Shown here in pieces: positions 38,292-48,353 of a DNA stretch of 64,000 bases. A program made the position numbers and the translations under genes. Every line of letters begins with the position of its first letter. Positions within the stretch are counted from its first letter, which is position 1. This DNA is from a virus. The stretch is taken from the IMG/VR virus record IMGVR_UViG_3300036668_000173, positions 1 to 64,000 of that record; one strand, 5' to 3'. The notes beneath the pieces are model-generated. The model ran no database searches. It was not told the origin of the DNA and saw nothing but the letters and a program-made list of their open reading frames with translations.

Positions 38292-39146
38292 ATGACTCAT
38301 ATTCGTGGGATGTTGGGTCTTGGTGATAGCATATACCAAAGAGCCTTTATAAAAAAGATGGATCATGAAGTATATCTCGAAACACCATGGCCACAACTCT
38401 ATGAAGACCTATCTAATGTAAAATTTGTTTTACCCTCTAGAAGCCTAAGAACCCAAGATAAAAATGTAACGTCTTACTGGGTCGAATGGGAAGTTCCTCC
38501 AGAGATATGTAACACGATACGAGTCAATTATAGAGATATCAGTAAATCAGAAAAAAGTATAATTCAGGCAATGTCTGAATGTTTCGATGTAGGAGTGCCA
38601 GAATCTTTTGACCTACCCGACTTCACAGACGAATGTTCATGGGTTAAGACTCTAGGAGATTTTGCCTTAGTGCGACCAGTGACCGAAAGGAAAGAGTGGT
38701 ACAACACGTCACGAAATCCTAGACCCGAGTACGTAGAGCAGTCTGTTAACGCTCTAAGAGAAATGGGTGTGACCATTGTTTCTGTTGCAGATCTAAAGGA
38801 TTCTGAAGAGTGGTTGGTAGGAAAAGATATAAACGCAGATTTTAAGTTTCATGCTGGACAACTGACCGTAAAGGAAATGATGGCTTTGACACAATCAGCA
38901 TCCTATGTTATAGGTGGTGTTGGTTGGATAGTCCCAGCTTCGTTGGCATACAAAAGTAATGCATGGATTATTTTGGGTGGACAAGGTGGACTTAACTCCC
39001 CACAGAAGTTGGTAGATAAATTTTTGACTCCAGCCTTAAATTTTGTTGAGCCAGATAAATACTGTTTATGCTCTGGCATGACACACAATTGTAAAAAGGA
39101 AATTAGTAATTATGAGCAAAAATTTACCAACTGGCTACGAAGATGA
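38292..39146 (+). CDS. GT-B glycosyltransferase (GT9/heptosyltransferase-like)
   Basis: N-terminal GLGD motif; C-terminal GQLTVKE...IGGVG; terminal CxC..C. Confidence 0.65.
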   Translation: MTHIRGMLGLGDSIYQRAFIKKMDHEVYLETPWPQLYEDLSNVKFVLPSRSLRTQDKNVTSYWVEWEVPPEICNTIRVNYRDISKSEKSIIQAMSECFDVGVPESFDLPDFTDECSWVKTLGDFALVRPVTERKEWYNTSRNPRPEYVEQSVNALREMGVTIVSVADLKDSEEWLVGKDINADFKFHAGQLTVKEMMALTQSASYVIGGVGWIVPASLAYKSNAWIILGGQGGLNSPQKLVDKFLTPALNFVEPDKYCLCSGMTHNCKKEISNYEQKFTNWLRR

Positions 39147-39726
39147 ATTTATCTGGTACCCTGACCTACAGATGGGATATCACCCAAGAGATCCGATTGA
39201 CTATGATGGCGATTATTGGGACAAGTACCTTAAGTACGACAAATCAGATATGGGAGTCGAGCTTACACGAGCACGTTTAGATTTAGTTAAGCGACACAGT
39301 AAAAGTGCCGATATAATTGACATTGGTATCGGTGGTGGTTTATTTGTTAGTGAAATGAATTGCTATGGGTTTGACGTAAACGAACGCGCTAATCAATGGT
39401 TGCATTCCAATAATAGATTTAAAAATCCGTACCAAGACCGAGCACATTCTATCACCTGTTGGGATTCGATTGAGCATGTTCCCGACCCTACCACACTATT
39501 GAAAAATGTTGACAAGTGGTTCTTTGCCTCTATACCAATTTTTCAATCACCAGAGACAGTTAAAGATTCTAAACACTACCGACCTGGGGAACACATATGG
39601 TACTTCACCCATGAAGGTTTCATTGCATGGGCAGGTCGTCATGGCTTTGAACTAGTCGAATGGAATGATCAAGAAACTTTACTGGGTCGCGAAGATATTC
39701 GCTCATACGCATTCAAGAGAGTATAA
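39112..39726 (+). CDS. Class I SAM-dependent methyltransferase
   Basis: IIDIGIGGG, GFDVN, WDSIEHVPDP, EHIWYFT. Confidence 0.8.
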   Translation: MSKNLPTGYEDEFIWYPDLQMGYHPRDPIDYDGDYWDKYLKYDKSDMGVELTRARLDLVKRHSKSADIIDIGIGGGLFVSEMNCYGFDVNERANQWLHSNNRFKNPYQDRAHSITCWDSIEHVPDPTTLLKNVDKWFFASIPIFQSPETVKDSKHYRPGEHIWYFTHEGFIAWAGRHGFELVEWNDQETLLGREDIRSYAFKRV

Positions 39727-39734
39727 ATAAAAGT

Positions 39735-39947
39735 ATGTTATCATTCAAAGAATACGAAGAAATATTACAAGAGGCTTCATATGCTGGAAATATCGGCATC
39801 ATGGAGTTGGTAAAATTTTATAAACAGGCAGACCCTAAGACTATTGCTAAGGTTAAAGATCTCATCGCATCAAAGAAGAACAAAGAGGCGTGGGACATAA
39901 TCCAAAAAGTGACTGGGGTAACTCTTCACAAGTCTGCTTTTGCATAG
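39735..39947 (+). CDS. Late small protein with capsid-targeting-like N-terminus (MLSFKEYEEILQE)
   Basis: Late promoter TATAAATA at 39722-39729 immediately upstream. Confidence 0.7.
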   Translation: MLSFKEYEEILQEASYAGNIGIMELVKFYKQADPKTIAKVKDLIASKKNKEAWDIIQKVTGVTLHKSAFA

Positions 39948-40079
39948 GTTTCTACTACCTTAGGAACGTAAAGCCGACACTACGATAAGGTGTCCCTGTA
40001 TTCGGTAAGCAGGAAACCCGATATGCCTAATGGATATCGATTATTTTAAATTAAAACTCGCTTAATAGGAGCATTCACA
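39947..40079 (+). ncRNA. Candidate structured cis-regulatory leader of hsp20, ending in a ROSE-like thermometer hairpin
   Basis: Several complementary segments; UCGCU opposite SD AGGAG (ctcgcttaataggag). Confidence 0.55.
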
Positions 40080-40595
40080 ATGCAAAACACTTTTAACAAC
40101 TCAGTAAAAGACTTCGAGAAATTCTTCATTGGTTATGATGGCTATGCCCATCACTTGACAAAACTTCATCAAGACTTAACCAAGAACGCACCAAACTATC
40201 CCCCATACAATATCAAAAAGATTGGCGAAAACACTTATACCATTGAACTAGCCGTTGCAGGTTTTAACAAGCAACAACTAGAAATTCATATCGATGGCGA
40301 TAAACTTTCGGTCAAGGGAAATATTGACAAGTCCGAATCTTCTGGTACTATGTTATATGAAGGTATCGCGAACCGAGCGTTCACTCGGGCATTTGCCTTA
40401 AATGATAATGTCGTTGTAAAAAACGCAGGGTTGTTTAATGGTATGTTAAAAATCATGCTTGAACAAATTATTCCAGAAAAGAATAAGTCATATAAAATTG
40501 ACATTCAAGATGACGAGCCTCAATCTGTTTCTGAGTTTGCTTCGGGTAACATTCATCGTACAGGTGAACAGGTATTCGGTCCAGGCTCTAATTAA
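40080..40595 (+). CDS. hsp20: Small heat shock protein (IbpA/Hsp20)
   Basis: NYPPYNI, IELAVAGF, GIANRAFTRAF, NGMLKI. Confidence 0.95.
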   Translation: MQNTFNNSVKDFEKFFIGYDGYAHHLTKLHQDLTKNAPNYPPYNIKKIGENTYTIELAVAGFNKQQLEIHIDGDKLSVKGNIDKSESSGTMLYEGIANRAFTRAFALNDNVVVKNAGLFNGMLKIMLEQIIPEKNKSYKIDIQDDEPQSVSEFASGNIHRTGEQVFGPGSN

Positions 40596-40662
40596 TATAC
40601 CGTATTGAAATGAATGGCGGGTCGCATTGGCTCGCCATGTTACACTTATAGGATTATAAATC

Positions 40663-40956
40663 ATGAGCAATATTAAATTACTACGACTTAACTCGGGCGA
40701 AGAACTGATTGCCTCGATCACAGAAAATGAAAGCGGCGACTACCTTGCAAAAGATATCACGGTGCTGATCCCAACACAATCAAATACTCTAGGGCTTGCC
40801 CCATTCATGCCTTACTCGATCATTCCAGAAGTTGGCATCACATTCAAAGAAAAGGACATCATGTTCTTTACCAAGCCAATCGATGACCTTTTGACAAAAT
40901 ATAATGAAATGTTTAAAAAGATTGTTACGCCACCCGAGAAAAGGATAATCCTTTAA
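40663..40956 (+). CDS. Conserved T4-like Sm-like hypothetical protein
   Basis: IKLLRLNSGEELIA, APFMPYS; hsp20-X-gp43 synteny. Confidence 0.7.
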   Translation: MSNIKLLRLNSGEELIASITENESGDYLAKDITVLIPTQSNTLGLAPFMPYSIIPEVGITFKEKDIMFFTKPIDDLLTKYNEMFKKIVTPPEKRIIL

Positions 40957-40974
40957 GGTTGTTTTTGTGGTAAA

Positions 40975-43536
40975 ATGATTGACAATTTTTATGATGGGGA
41001 GTTAGACTTGAAAGAATTTTACACGAGCGTTAATAGATTTGGTAATAGTATTTTGTATCGGGGTTACGATTCTAGTGGTCTACCTGTTACACGAAAGGAT
41101 AAATTTTCACCAACACTATACCTTCGTTCAGATGTCGAAACTCCCCATCGAACTTTAGAAGGGCACTTTGTCAAGCCTAAGAAATTTGAGACCATGAAGG
41201 ACGCTAAAAACTTCATAGAGACTTATGGCGAAGTTGATAACATTACGGTGTACGGAAATACAAACTACATCACCCAATACATACACTCAAAATTTCCAGA
41301 CGATATCGGGCACTTCGACCGAAGTCTTGTGAATGTGGGTACGTTAGATTTAGAAATGTACTCGGGTGAAGGGTTTCCATATCCTGACCAAGCCAAACAT
41401 CCTATATTGTCTATGGGGTTGAAGTTGAGTAAAACCGATACCTACTATGTGTGGGGTATGCAAGATTATGATGTGTCTGATCCAGAGATTGCTCAATGTA
41501 ATATAGTCTACACAAAATGCGAAGACGAAGTGAAAATGTTATTGAACTTCCTCGACTTCTGGAATTCACCAGAAAATACTCCAGATATTCTTACTGGCTG
41601 GCACACAAAACTATTTGATATCACATACCTAGTTAATAGGGTGTTTGGACTTCTTGGCGAAGACGCAGTAAAGAAGTTGTCGCCATTCGGTATTGTGAGC
41701 GAGCGCAAGGTCAAGACACAACACGGAACTTCTGAAGCCTACGAATTGTATGGAATACAACAACTAGACTACATGGAATTGTTTCAGAAGTTTGGCGTTC
41801 TTGAGTACGGCCCACAAGAGAACTTTAAGCTTGATAACATATCCAACGTGGTTCTGGGAGCAAACAAGTTATCATTTGATGAAGTGTCATCCCTTCACGA
41901 ACTGTATGAAAGTAATTTTCAGAAATTTATAACCTATATGATACGAGACGTAGAGCTTGTCGATCGTATGGAAAAACAATTAGGATATATTACGTTAGCA
42001 ATGACAATGGGGTTTCGTGGTGGCGTAAACTTTGTTGACGTGTTTGGCACGACTGCAATCTGGGAATCTATTATTTTTAGAAACCTTGCAAGCAAAAATA
42101 TCGTTACTCCACCAAGCAATAATAATGTAAAGGTACCATATGCAGGAGGATACGTAAAGGATCCTAAGGTCGGTCTGCATCGGTGGGTTGTTTCTTTTGA
42201 CTTGAACTCACTATATCCAAATATTATTGCCCAGTGGAACATTTCACCCGAAACAATAAGTGACTCTCTAGGGGGCGGATCCTTTGGGGTAGAGGCTTGC
42301 TTAAATGGCATGATGGAAGAACAAGACCCTAATTTTGCCATAGCCATTAATGGAGTCAGATTCTCTAGAGACAAGCAGGGATTCATGCCCGAGATCATTG
42401 TAAATTATTATAATGACCGAGTTAGCATTCGTGGCAAAATGATAACCCTAAAGAAAGAGTTAGAGTTAGTAGAATCAACTGATACACAAAAGAGGTCTCA
42501 GTTAGATCAAGAGATTAAGAGTCTGAACACCCAACAGTTGTCCATCAAGTTGTTATTGAACTCTCTTTATGGTGCATGTGGAACCCCATACTTTAAATAC
42601 TTTGATCTCAGAATTGCCGAGGCGATTACTCTTACTGGTCAATTGGTCATTCAATGGACTGAAAAAGAAATCAATAAGGCTATCAATAAAATTCTTGAGA
42701 CTAATAATATAGACTATGTGGTTGCCATGGACACGGACTCGATATACCTTAACATGGGCCCGATCGTAGACAAATTTAACCCACAAAACCCAGTAGACTT
42801 TTTAGACAAGATTTGTGGAACTACCTTTCAGAAAATTCTCGACAATACCTACAAGGACATTTTTAAAAAGTTTAATTGCTTTGATTCGAGAATGAAAATG
42901 AAGCGGGAGTCCATAGCCGATACAGGAATCTGGACAGCAAAGAAGAGATACATTTTAAATGTGTTGGACAACGAAGGCGTTCGGTACGCAGAGCCACAAT
43001 TAAAGATTATGGGCATCGAGGCAATCAAGTCTTCGACTCCTGCAGAATGTAGAAGGGCTCTAAAAGAACTATTCAAGGTCATCATTCAGGGCTCAGAGTT
43101 GAATAGTCAAAAATTCATACAAAACTTCAAGACAGAATTTATGGCATTGAGTCCCGAAGAGGTTTCTTTTCCAAGAGGCGTGAACGAACTAAAAAAGTAT
43201 AAGGACAAGACTACCATATTTAAGAAGGGAACTCCGATCAACTCGAGAGGGTCTCTGTTATACAATCATCACATCAAGAAAAACTCTTTGGATAAAAAGT
43301 ACAATGAAATTCAGGTCGGAGAAAAGATAAAATTTTGTTATCTTAAAACTCCTAACCCTATAAAGCAAAACGTCATTGCCTACCCTGATTTTTTACCACC
43401 CGAACTAAATTTGCATAAGTACGTAGACTATGAAACACAATTTCAAAAGACTTTTGTTAAACCCATACAACCAATATTTGATGCCATTGGTTGGAAGGTT
43501 AAGAGGACAGTATCTCTAGAGGATTTTTTCGAGTAG
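40975..43536 (+). CDS. gp43: Family B DNA polymerase gp43 (start may be TTG 41008)
   Basis: DLE exo I, SFDLNSLYP, KLLLNSLYG, DTDS, KKRY. Confidence 0.97.
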   Translation: MIDNFYDGELDLKEFYTSVNRFGNSILYRGYDSSGLPVTRKDKFSPTLYLRSDVETPHRTLEGHFVKPKKFETMKDAKNFIETYGEVDNITVYGNTNYITQYIHSKFPDDIGHFDRSLVNVGTLDLEMYSGEGFPYPDQAKHPILSMGLKLSKTDTYYVWGMQDYDVSDPEIAQCNIVYTKCEDEVKMLLNFLDFWNSPENTPDILTGWHTKLFDITYLVNRVFGLLGEDAVKKLSPFGIVSERKVKTQHGTSEAYELYGIQQLDYMELFQKFGVLEYGPQENFKLDNISNVVLGANKLSFDEVSSLHELYESNFQKFITYMIRDVELVDRMEKQLGYITLAMTMGFRGGVNFVDVFGTTAIWESIIFRNLASKNIVTPPSNNNVKVPYAGGYVKDPKVGLHRWVVSFDLNSLYPNIIAQWNISPETISDSLGGGSFGVEACLNGMMEEQDPNFAIAINGVRFSRDKQGFMPEIIVNYYNDRVSIRGKMITLKKELELVESTDTQKRSQLDQEIKSLNTQQLSIKLLLNSLYGACGTPYFKYFDLRIAEAITLTGQLVIQWTEKEINKAINKILETNNIDYVVAMDTDSIYLNMGPIVDKFNPQNPVDFLDKICGTTFQKILDNTYKDIFKKFNCFDSRMKMKRESIADTGIWTAKKRYILNVLDNEGVRYAEPQLKIMGIEAIKSSTPAECRRALKELFKVIIQGSELNSQKFIQNFKTEFMALSPEEVSFPRGVNELKKYKDKTTIFKKGTPINSRGSLLYNHHIKKNSLDKKYNEIQVGEKIKFCYLKTPNPIKQNVIAYPDFLPPELNLHKYVDYETQFQKTFVKPIQPIFDAIGWKVKRTVSLEDFFE

Positions 43537-43580
43537 TGTTATAATAGTTTAAATTTAAATTTTGATAGGCACTCTACATT

Positions 43581-44537
43581 ATGATTCAATTGACAATATT
43601 TAAAAATCTTTATGATAACAAAACAGAAAAGGGAATGACTCTAAAGTCTTTTGATGATTTTGAGAACCTATTAATTTCTTTGTCTTCAGAAAAAAAGAAA
43701 AGCAAAAAGGATTCTAACCTAATCTCACCAGCCTGTTATCTCGAAGGCACAGACAAAAGGCGTAATGACAACGTAACCTATTGGGGTGGTTGGGGCGCTA
43801 TGGACGTAGACGACCATGATTTTGACCCAAACAATTTAGAAGAACAACTAAAGGATCGATATGGTAAATATCGTTATGTTGTTTATTCTACGGCATCCAG
43901 CACACTTGAAAAACCAAAGTTTAGGCTAATATTTGCTTTGACCGAAAATGTTTTAGTAAATGACATTAAACCATTTTGGTATGCCCTCAATCAAAAGATT
44001 GAAAAGATTGGTGACGAGCAGACAAAGGACTTGTCTCGAATGTATTACATACCCGCGCAATATGAGGGGGCAAACAATTTCATTTTTAGTAATCAAGGGG
44101 ACTACCTAGACCCAAAAACTTTAATAAAAGAATTCCCTTATCCATTTGATGTCGTAGATCCAAAGAAAGGTTTTGTCGACCGACTACCCGAATCTATAAA
44201 AGAACGAGTGTACGAGTACAAGAAGAACACCCTGACAAAAAAGGATGATGTTGTATGGAGCAGTTATAGAAACTGTCCTTTTGTCAATCAGAAACTTATT
44301 GAGAATTATAGGAATATATCTGGCGTGGATAATTCTGGTCGATACGCTATGATCTATAAAATTATTGTTTCGATTGCATTGAGTGCCATAAAAAATCAAT
44401 ATGCCATAGACTCTTATCAGATTATTGACCTTATCCGAGAGCTTGATGCCGAGACAGGGAATAGGTATAAGAAAAGAAAATTAGAGGTTGAAGTGGATCG
44501 TGCCCTAGAGTATGCCTACAAGAATATAGGAAATTGA
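43581..44537 (+). CDS. Putative AEP/primase-polymerase-like protein
   Basis: RRNDNV, MDVDD, YSTASS...PKFRL, DLSRMYY motifs. Confidence 0.6.
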   Translation: MIQLTIFKNLYDNKTEKGMTLKSFDDFENLLISLSSEKKKSKKDSNLISPACYLEGTDKRRNDNVTYWGGWGAMDVDDHDFDPNNLEEQLKDRYGKYRYVVYSTASSTLEKPKFRLIFALTENVLVNDIKPFWYALNQKIEKIGDEQTKDLSRMYYIPAQYEGANNFIFSNQGDYLDPKTLIKEFPYPFDVVDPKKGFVDRLPESIKERVYEYKKNTLTKKDDVVWSSYRNCPFVNQKLIENYRNISGVDNSGRYAMIYKIIVSIALSAIKNQYAIDSYQIIDLIRELDAETGNRYKKRKLEVEVDRALEYAYKNIGN

Positions 44538-44540
44538 ACA

Positions 44541-44999
44541 ATGGGAAAATTTACAGATCAAAAATGGATCGATCGTTACCTAGGGTTAGCCCGAGAAGTG
44601 TCTACGTGGTCAAAGGATCCGTCGCGTAAGATTGGTGCAGTCGCGGTGTCGGCTACAGGCCAGGTGTTGTCTACTGGTTACAATGGGTTCCCTAAGGGCA
44701 TCATAGATTTAAAAGAAAGGTACGATGATAGACCAACTAAGTATAGGTATGTTGTTCATGCCGAAATGAATTGTATCTATAATGCAACCTATAACGGAAC
44801 GTCTCTTTATGGTTCTTCTATGTTTGTGTGGGGTCTTCCAATTTGCTCAGAGTGTGCAAAGGGATTGATACAAGTAGGCATTAAAAACCTCTATTGGAAA
44901 AGTGGTGAAGAAAGTGTACCAGTTTCGTGGGTAGAGTCTTTTGAATTCACAAAAGAACTTTTAGACGAAGCAGGTATTTTTATAGATCAAGTGGTATAA
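44541..44999 (+). CDS. cd: dCMP deaminase
   Basis: SKDPS, GYNG, HAEMN, PICSEC. Confidence 0.92.
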   Translation: MGKFTDQKWIDRYLGLAREVSTWSKDPSRKIGAVAVSATGQVLSTGYNGFPKGIIDLKERYDDRPTKYRYVVHAEMNCIYNATYNGTSLYGSSMFVWGLPICSECAKGLIQVGIKNLYWKSGEESVPVSWVESFEFTKELLDEAGIFIDQVV

Positions 45000-45032
45000 T
45001 GTACCACCTCAATTATTATGGAGAAACAAATT

Positions 45033-46136
45033 ATGTCGTTGATGGATAAACTTAAAAAGAACTCTACTATCAAAGACGCTTCGATTTTGTCGACGTCTAA
45101 GTTTTTTACAAAAAAGGATATGATAAGCACATCAATTCCTGCCCTGAACGTTGCGCTTTCGGGTAGGCTTGATGGTGGCTACGTCCCTGGGGTTACCCTC
45201 TTCTGTGGGCCCTCAAAACATTTCAAATCCATGTTCTCGCTCATAATGGCAAAGTCCTACATGGACAAATACCCAGACTCGGTTATGCTTTTTTATGACT
45301 GTGAGTTCGGAACCCCTTTAGCCTATTTTGAATCTTTGCAGATCGATACATCAAGGATTATTCACGTTCCTATTATGAACATGGAAGAATTCAAATTTGA
45401 TGTCATCAAGCAGTTAGAGAACATTGCTCGCGGTGACAAGGTGGTCATTGTTGTAGACTCACTTGGTAATATGTCTAGCAAAAAAGAAATGGACGATGCG
45501 ATTGACGGAAAATCTGTTATTGACATGTCACGAGCCAAGCAGATGAAATCAATTTTCCGTATGATTACTCCATACTTAACACGGTTAGACATTCCTTTGA
45601 TTGCAGTAAATCACATTTATATGGAACAGGGTTTATATCCAAAGGCAATCATTTCGGGTGGCACAGGAATTTATTTAAGCTCAGACAATATTTTTATTCT
45701 GGGTCGACAACAGGAAAAGGAAGGAACCGAAGTCGCGGGGTATAACTTTATCATCAATGTAGAAAAATCAAGACACGTTCGTGAAAAGTCTAAGATTCCA
45801 ATTACGGTCATGTTCGAAGGTGGTCTTTCACGTTGGTCTGGTCTCATTGAAATGGCTCTAGAATCTGGTCATGTTATCAAGCCATCCAATGGTTGGTACT
45901 CAAAGGTCAACGTCGAAACAGGAGAAGTAGAAGAGAAGAAGTACCGATTAAAAGATACAGACACAAAAGATTTTTGGATGTCTATTCTTATGACAAAGTC
46001 TTTTCAAGAGTGGGTCAAAACGAACTATCAGATATCTGGTGCTCAGATGATGAAAGATGACGACATCGATAAACACCTAGCAGAAATTGAGGACGATGAG
46101 GATGAAGATATTTTAAGAGAGGAAACAGAGGCATGA
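45033..46136 (+). CDS. uvsX: RecA-like recombinase UvsX
   Basis: GPSKHFKS, YDCEFG, DSLGN, DMSRAK, GGTG. Confidence 0.95.
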   Translation: MSLMDKLKKNSTIKDASILSTSKFFTKKDMISTSIPALNVALSGRLDGGYVPGVTLFCGPSKHFKSMFSLIMAKSYMDKYPDSVMLFYDCEFGTPLAYFESLQIDTSRIIHVPIMNMEEFKFDVIKQLENIARGDKVVIVVDSLGNMSSKKEMDDAIDGKSVIDMSRAKQMKSIFRMITPYLTRLDIPLIAVNHIYMEQGLYPKAIISGGTGIYLSSDNIFILGRQQEKEGTEVAGYNFIINVEKSRHVREKSKIPITVMFEGGLSRWSGLIEMALESGHVIKPSNGWYSKVNVETGEVEEKKYRLKDTDTKDFWMSILMTKSFQEWVKTNYQISGAQMMKDDDIDKHLAEIEDDEDEDILREETEA

Positions 46137-46501
46137 TCACCAACGCAGACTATATTTTTGTTGAACGAAATCCTGATGAGACGAGCTATGTTAAGTTAAC
46201 AGGTGAGTCCCCATGGAATGGTACTGTTTTTCAGTACGGTAAATTAGCTTTGCACGAAAACATTGAAGCAGATTTTATGGAATTGAGTTTCACGTATAAT
46301 GTTATAGAATCACCTCTTCGAAAAGAAATGTTAGAAGAAGACGTTAACTTTAAAAATTATATCGGTGAAGTTCTAGGGCATATTATCGATGATGCAGTAA
46401 ACACAGGAGAGTATCAGATTGGAACACGAGACAACAAATCAACAAGCCCAACACGCGACACAACTTCAGGAGCTAATCTTAAAGAATCTGATAACGAATG
46501 A
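46133..46501 (+). CDS. Hypothetical protein (gp40 position)
   Basis: Lies between uvsX and gp41; YG.L...LSF.Y motif. Confidence 0.6.
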   Translation: MITNADYIFVERNPDETSYVKLTGESPWNGTVFQYGKLALHENIEADFMELSFTYNVIESPLRKEMLEEDVNFKNYIGEVLGHIIDDAVNTGEYQIGTRDNKSTSPTRDTTSGANLKESDNE

Positions 46502-47813
46502 AACCTTCACCCGAAGAGTTATTCCGTTTTTGAATCGTGAATACTTTGATTCGTCATACGGAGAAGTATTTAAAGAGGTTGTTAAGTTTGTAGACAAGTA
46601 CAATAAACTACCTACACCCGAATCATTAACAGTAGAGCTTTCGGAGTCTGCTTCAAATGAAGTAATGAGTTTGGTTAAATTAATATCTCAGCCACAAGAG
46701 GTTGCCTGTGATACCGAATGGTTGATTGACTCCACAGAAAAGTGGTGTCAAGACAAGGCGATTTATTTAGCCATCATGGAATCTATCTCTATCATTGATG
46801 GAACACACAAGACTTTAGCCAAGACCGCTTTACCAGATCTTCTGAGCAATGCTCTTGGCGTTTCCTTTGATTCAAATATCGGACATGACTACATTAAGGA
46901 CTCGAGCGCTCGGTATGACTACTATCACCGAACCGAGTCGAGAGTTCCATTTGATCTAGATTACTTCAATAAAATTACAAAGGGTGGTTTGCCTAACAAG
47001 ACATTGAATATTATATTAGCGTCGACAGGCGTAGGTAAGAGTTTGTTCATGACCCATACATCTGCTTCGGCTCTTATGGATGGTCGAAACGTTTTGTACC
47101 TTACCATGGAAATGTCCGAAGAGAAAATTGCCGAACGCATTGACGCAAACCTTATGAACGTGCCACTAGATTCGTTAGAGGGCATGACACGTGACACCTT
47201 CAAAACCAAGATTGATAAAATTGCTCAGAGAAATATCGGTAAGCTAATCATCAAAGAGTACCCTACAGGATCTGCTCATGTAGGACACTTTCGGGCATTG
47301 CTCAATGAACTCAAGATGAAGAAAAAGTTTGTGCCCCATATAATCATGATCGACTATTTAAATATTTGCTCGTCTTCAAGGATGAAGGGCATGGGTGGTG
47401 CCATTAATTCATATGCATACATCAAATCAATCTCAGAAGAAATACGAGGGCTTGCAGTAGAGTTTGATGTCCCTATCCTTACCGCGACCCAATCCAATCG
47501 AGACGGTTTGTCTAATACTGATGTCGATCTGAGCAATACCAGCGATAGTTTTGGAACCCCTATGTCAGCAGATTTAATGTTTGCTCTCATTTCAACCGAA
47601 GAGCTAGAAGGTATGGGTCAAATCATGGTCAAGCAATTAAAGAATCGATACAATGACCTATCAAAGCATAAGCGTTTCGTGATCGGTGTGGATCGTGCCA
47701 AGATGAAACTGTATGACGTAGAGACTTCTGCTCAAACTCTTGTACAAGATACACCGAGTTATGATAACTCCCCGAAGTCCTCAAACGATAAATTTTCAGG
47801 ATTCAAAGTATGA
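46419..47813 (+). CDS. gp41: Replicative helicase gp41
   Basis: ASTGVGKS, TMEMSEE, IKEYPT, IDYLNI, TATQSNR, KQLKNRY. Confidence 0.95.
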   Translation: MEHETTNQQAQHATQLQELILKNLITNETFTRRVIPFLNREYFDSSYGEVFKEVVKFVDKYNKLPTPESLTVELSESASNEVMSLVKLISQPQEVACDTEWLIDSTEKWCQDKAIYLAIMESISIIDGTHKTLAKTALPDLLSNALGVSFDSNIGHDYIKDSSARYDYYHRTESRVPFDLDYFNKITKGGLPNKTLNIILASTGVGKSLFMTHTSASALMDGRNVLYLTMEMSEEKIAERIDANLMNVPLDSLEGMTRDTFKTKIDKIAQRNIGKLIIKEYPTGSAHVGHFRALLNELKMKKKFVPHIIMIDYLNICSSSRMKGMGGAINSYAYIKSISEEIRGLAVEFDVPILTATQSNRDGLSNTDVDLSNTSDSFGTPMSADLMFALISTEELEGMGQIMVKQLKNRYNDLSKHKRFVIGVDRAKMKLYDVETSAQTLVQDTPSYDNSPKSSNDKFSGFKV

Positions 47814-48196
47814 ACAAGACCTATACTCGAACTATAAGTAAGGATGGTAGCATCTCTTTGCCTAAAAAGGTAGTCAAGCTATTAAGAGTAAAACCTAATG
47901 ATCAAATTAAGTTTGTGGATAACATGGATGGTAGTCTTATGCTTATGAGTGATTTTTTGATGGAAGATGGATATGTAGAAATATCTAAATTGGAAAGTGG
48001 GGACATGAAAAGATATGCAAGACTCTATATTTGCAAATCAAAAGATCACTATATTGTAGATATGTACGAAAATAGTAGGCTAACATATTCTAGAAAGATT
48101 TCTGGTACGCACACTCAAAACTATGTAGAAGACTGTGCTGAAAATTGGATTTTAAAATGTGGAGAATTTAAAAATGAAAGTAATGATACAAAATAA
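47810..48196 (+). CDS. Hypothetical protein with AbrB/MazE-like N-terminal domain
   Basis: ISKDGSISLPKKVVKLL.V..ND.IKF swapped-hairpin pattern. Confidence 0.55.
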   Translation: MNKTYTRTISKDGSISLPKKVVKLLRVKPNDQIKFVDNMDGSLMLMSDFLMEDGYVEISKLESGDMKRYARLYICKSKDHYIVDMYENSRLTYSRKISGTHTQNYVEDCAENWILKCGEFKNESNDTK

Positions 48197-48353
48197 TTCA
48201 GGATACAGTTTAAGCGTGTCTAAAGAAAAGACTAAAGTCGATATGTTTGAAATTGTTTTTCATCGAACCGTGTTGGGAGAAGACCCAAGAACCAATACTT
48301 TTTATTTTACCGAAAATCAATTGAAAACCCTTTCCGAGGTACTGATGAAATGA
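48174..48353 (+). CDS. Hypothetical protein
   Basis: ATG after ggag RBS; coupled to thyX. Confidence 0.5.
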   Translation: MKVMIQNNSGYSLSVSKEKTKVDMFEIVFHRTVLGEDPRTNTFYFTENQLKTLSEVLMK

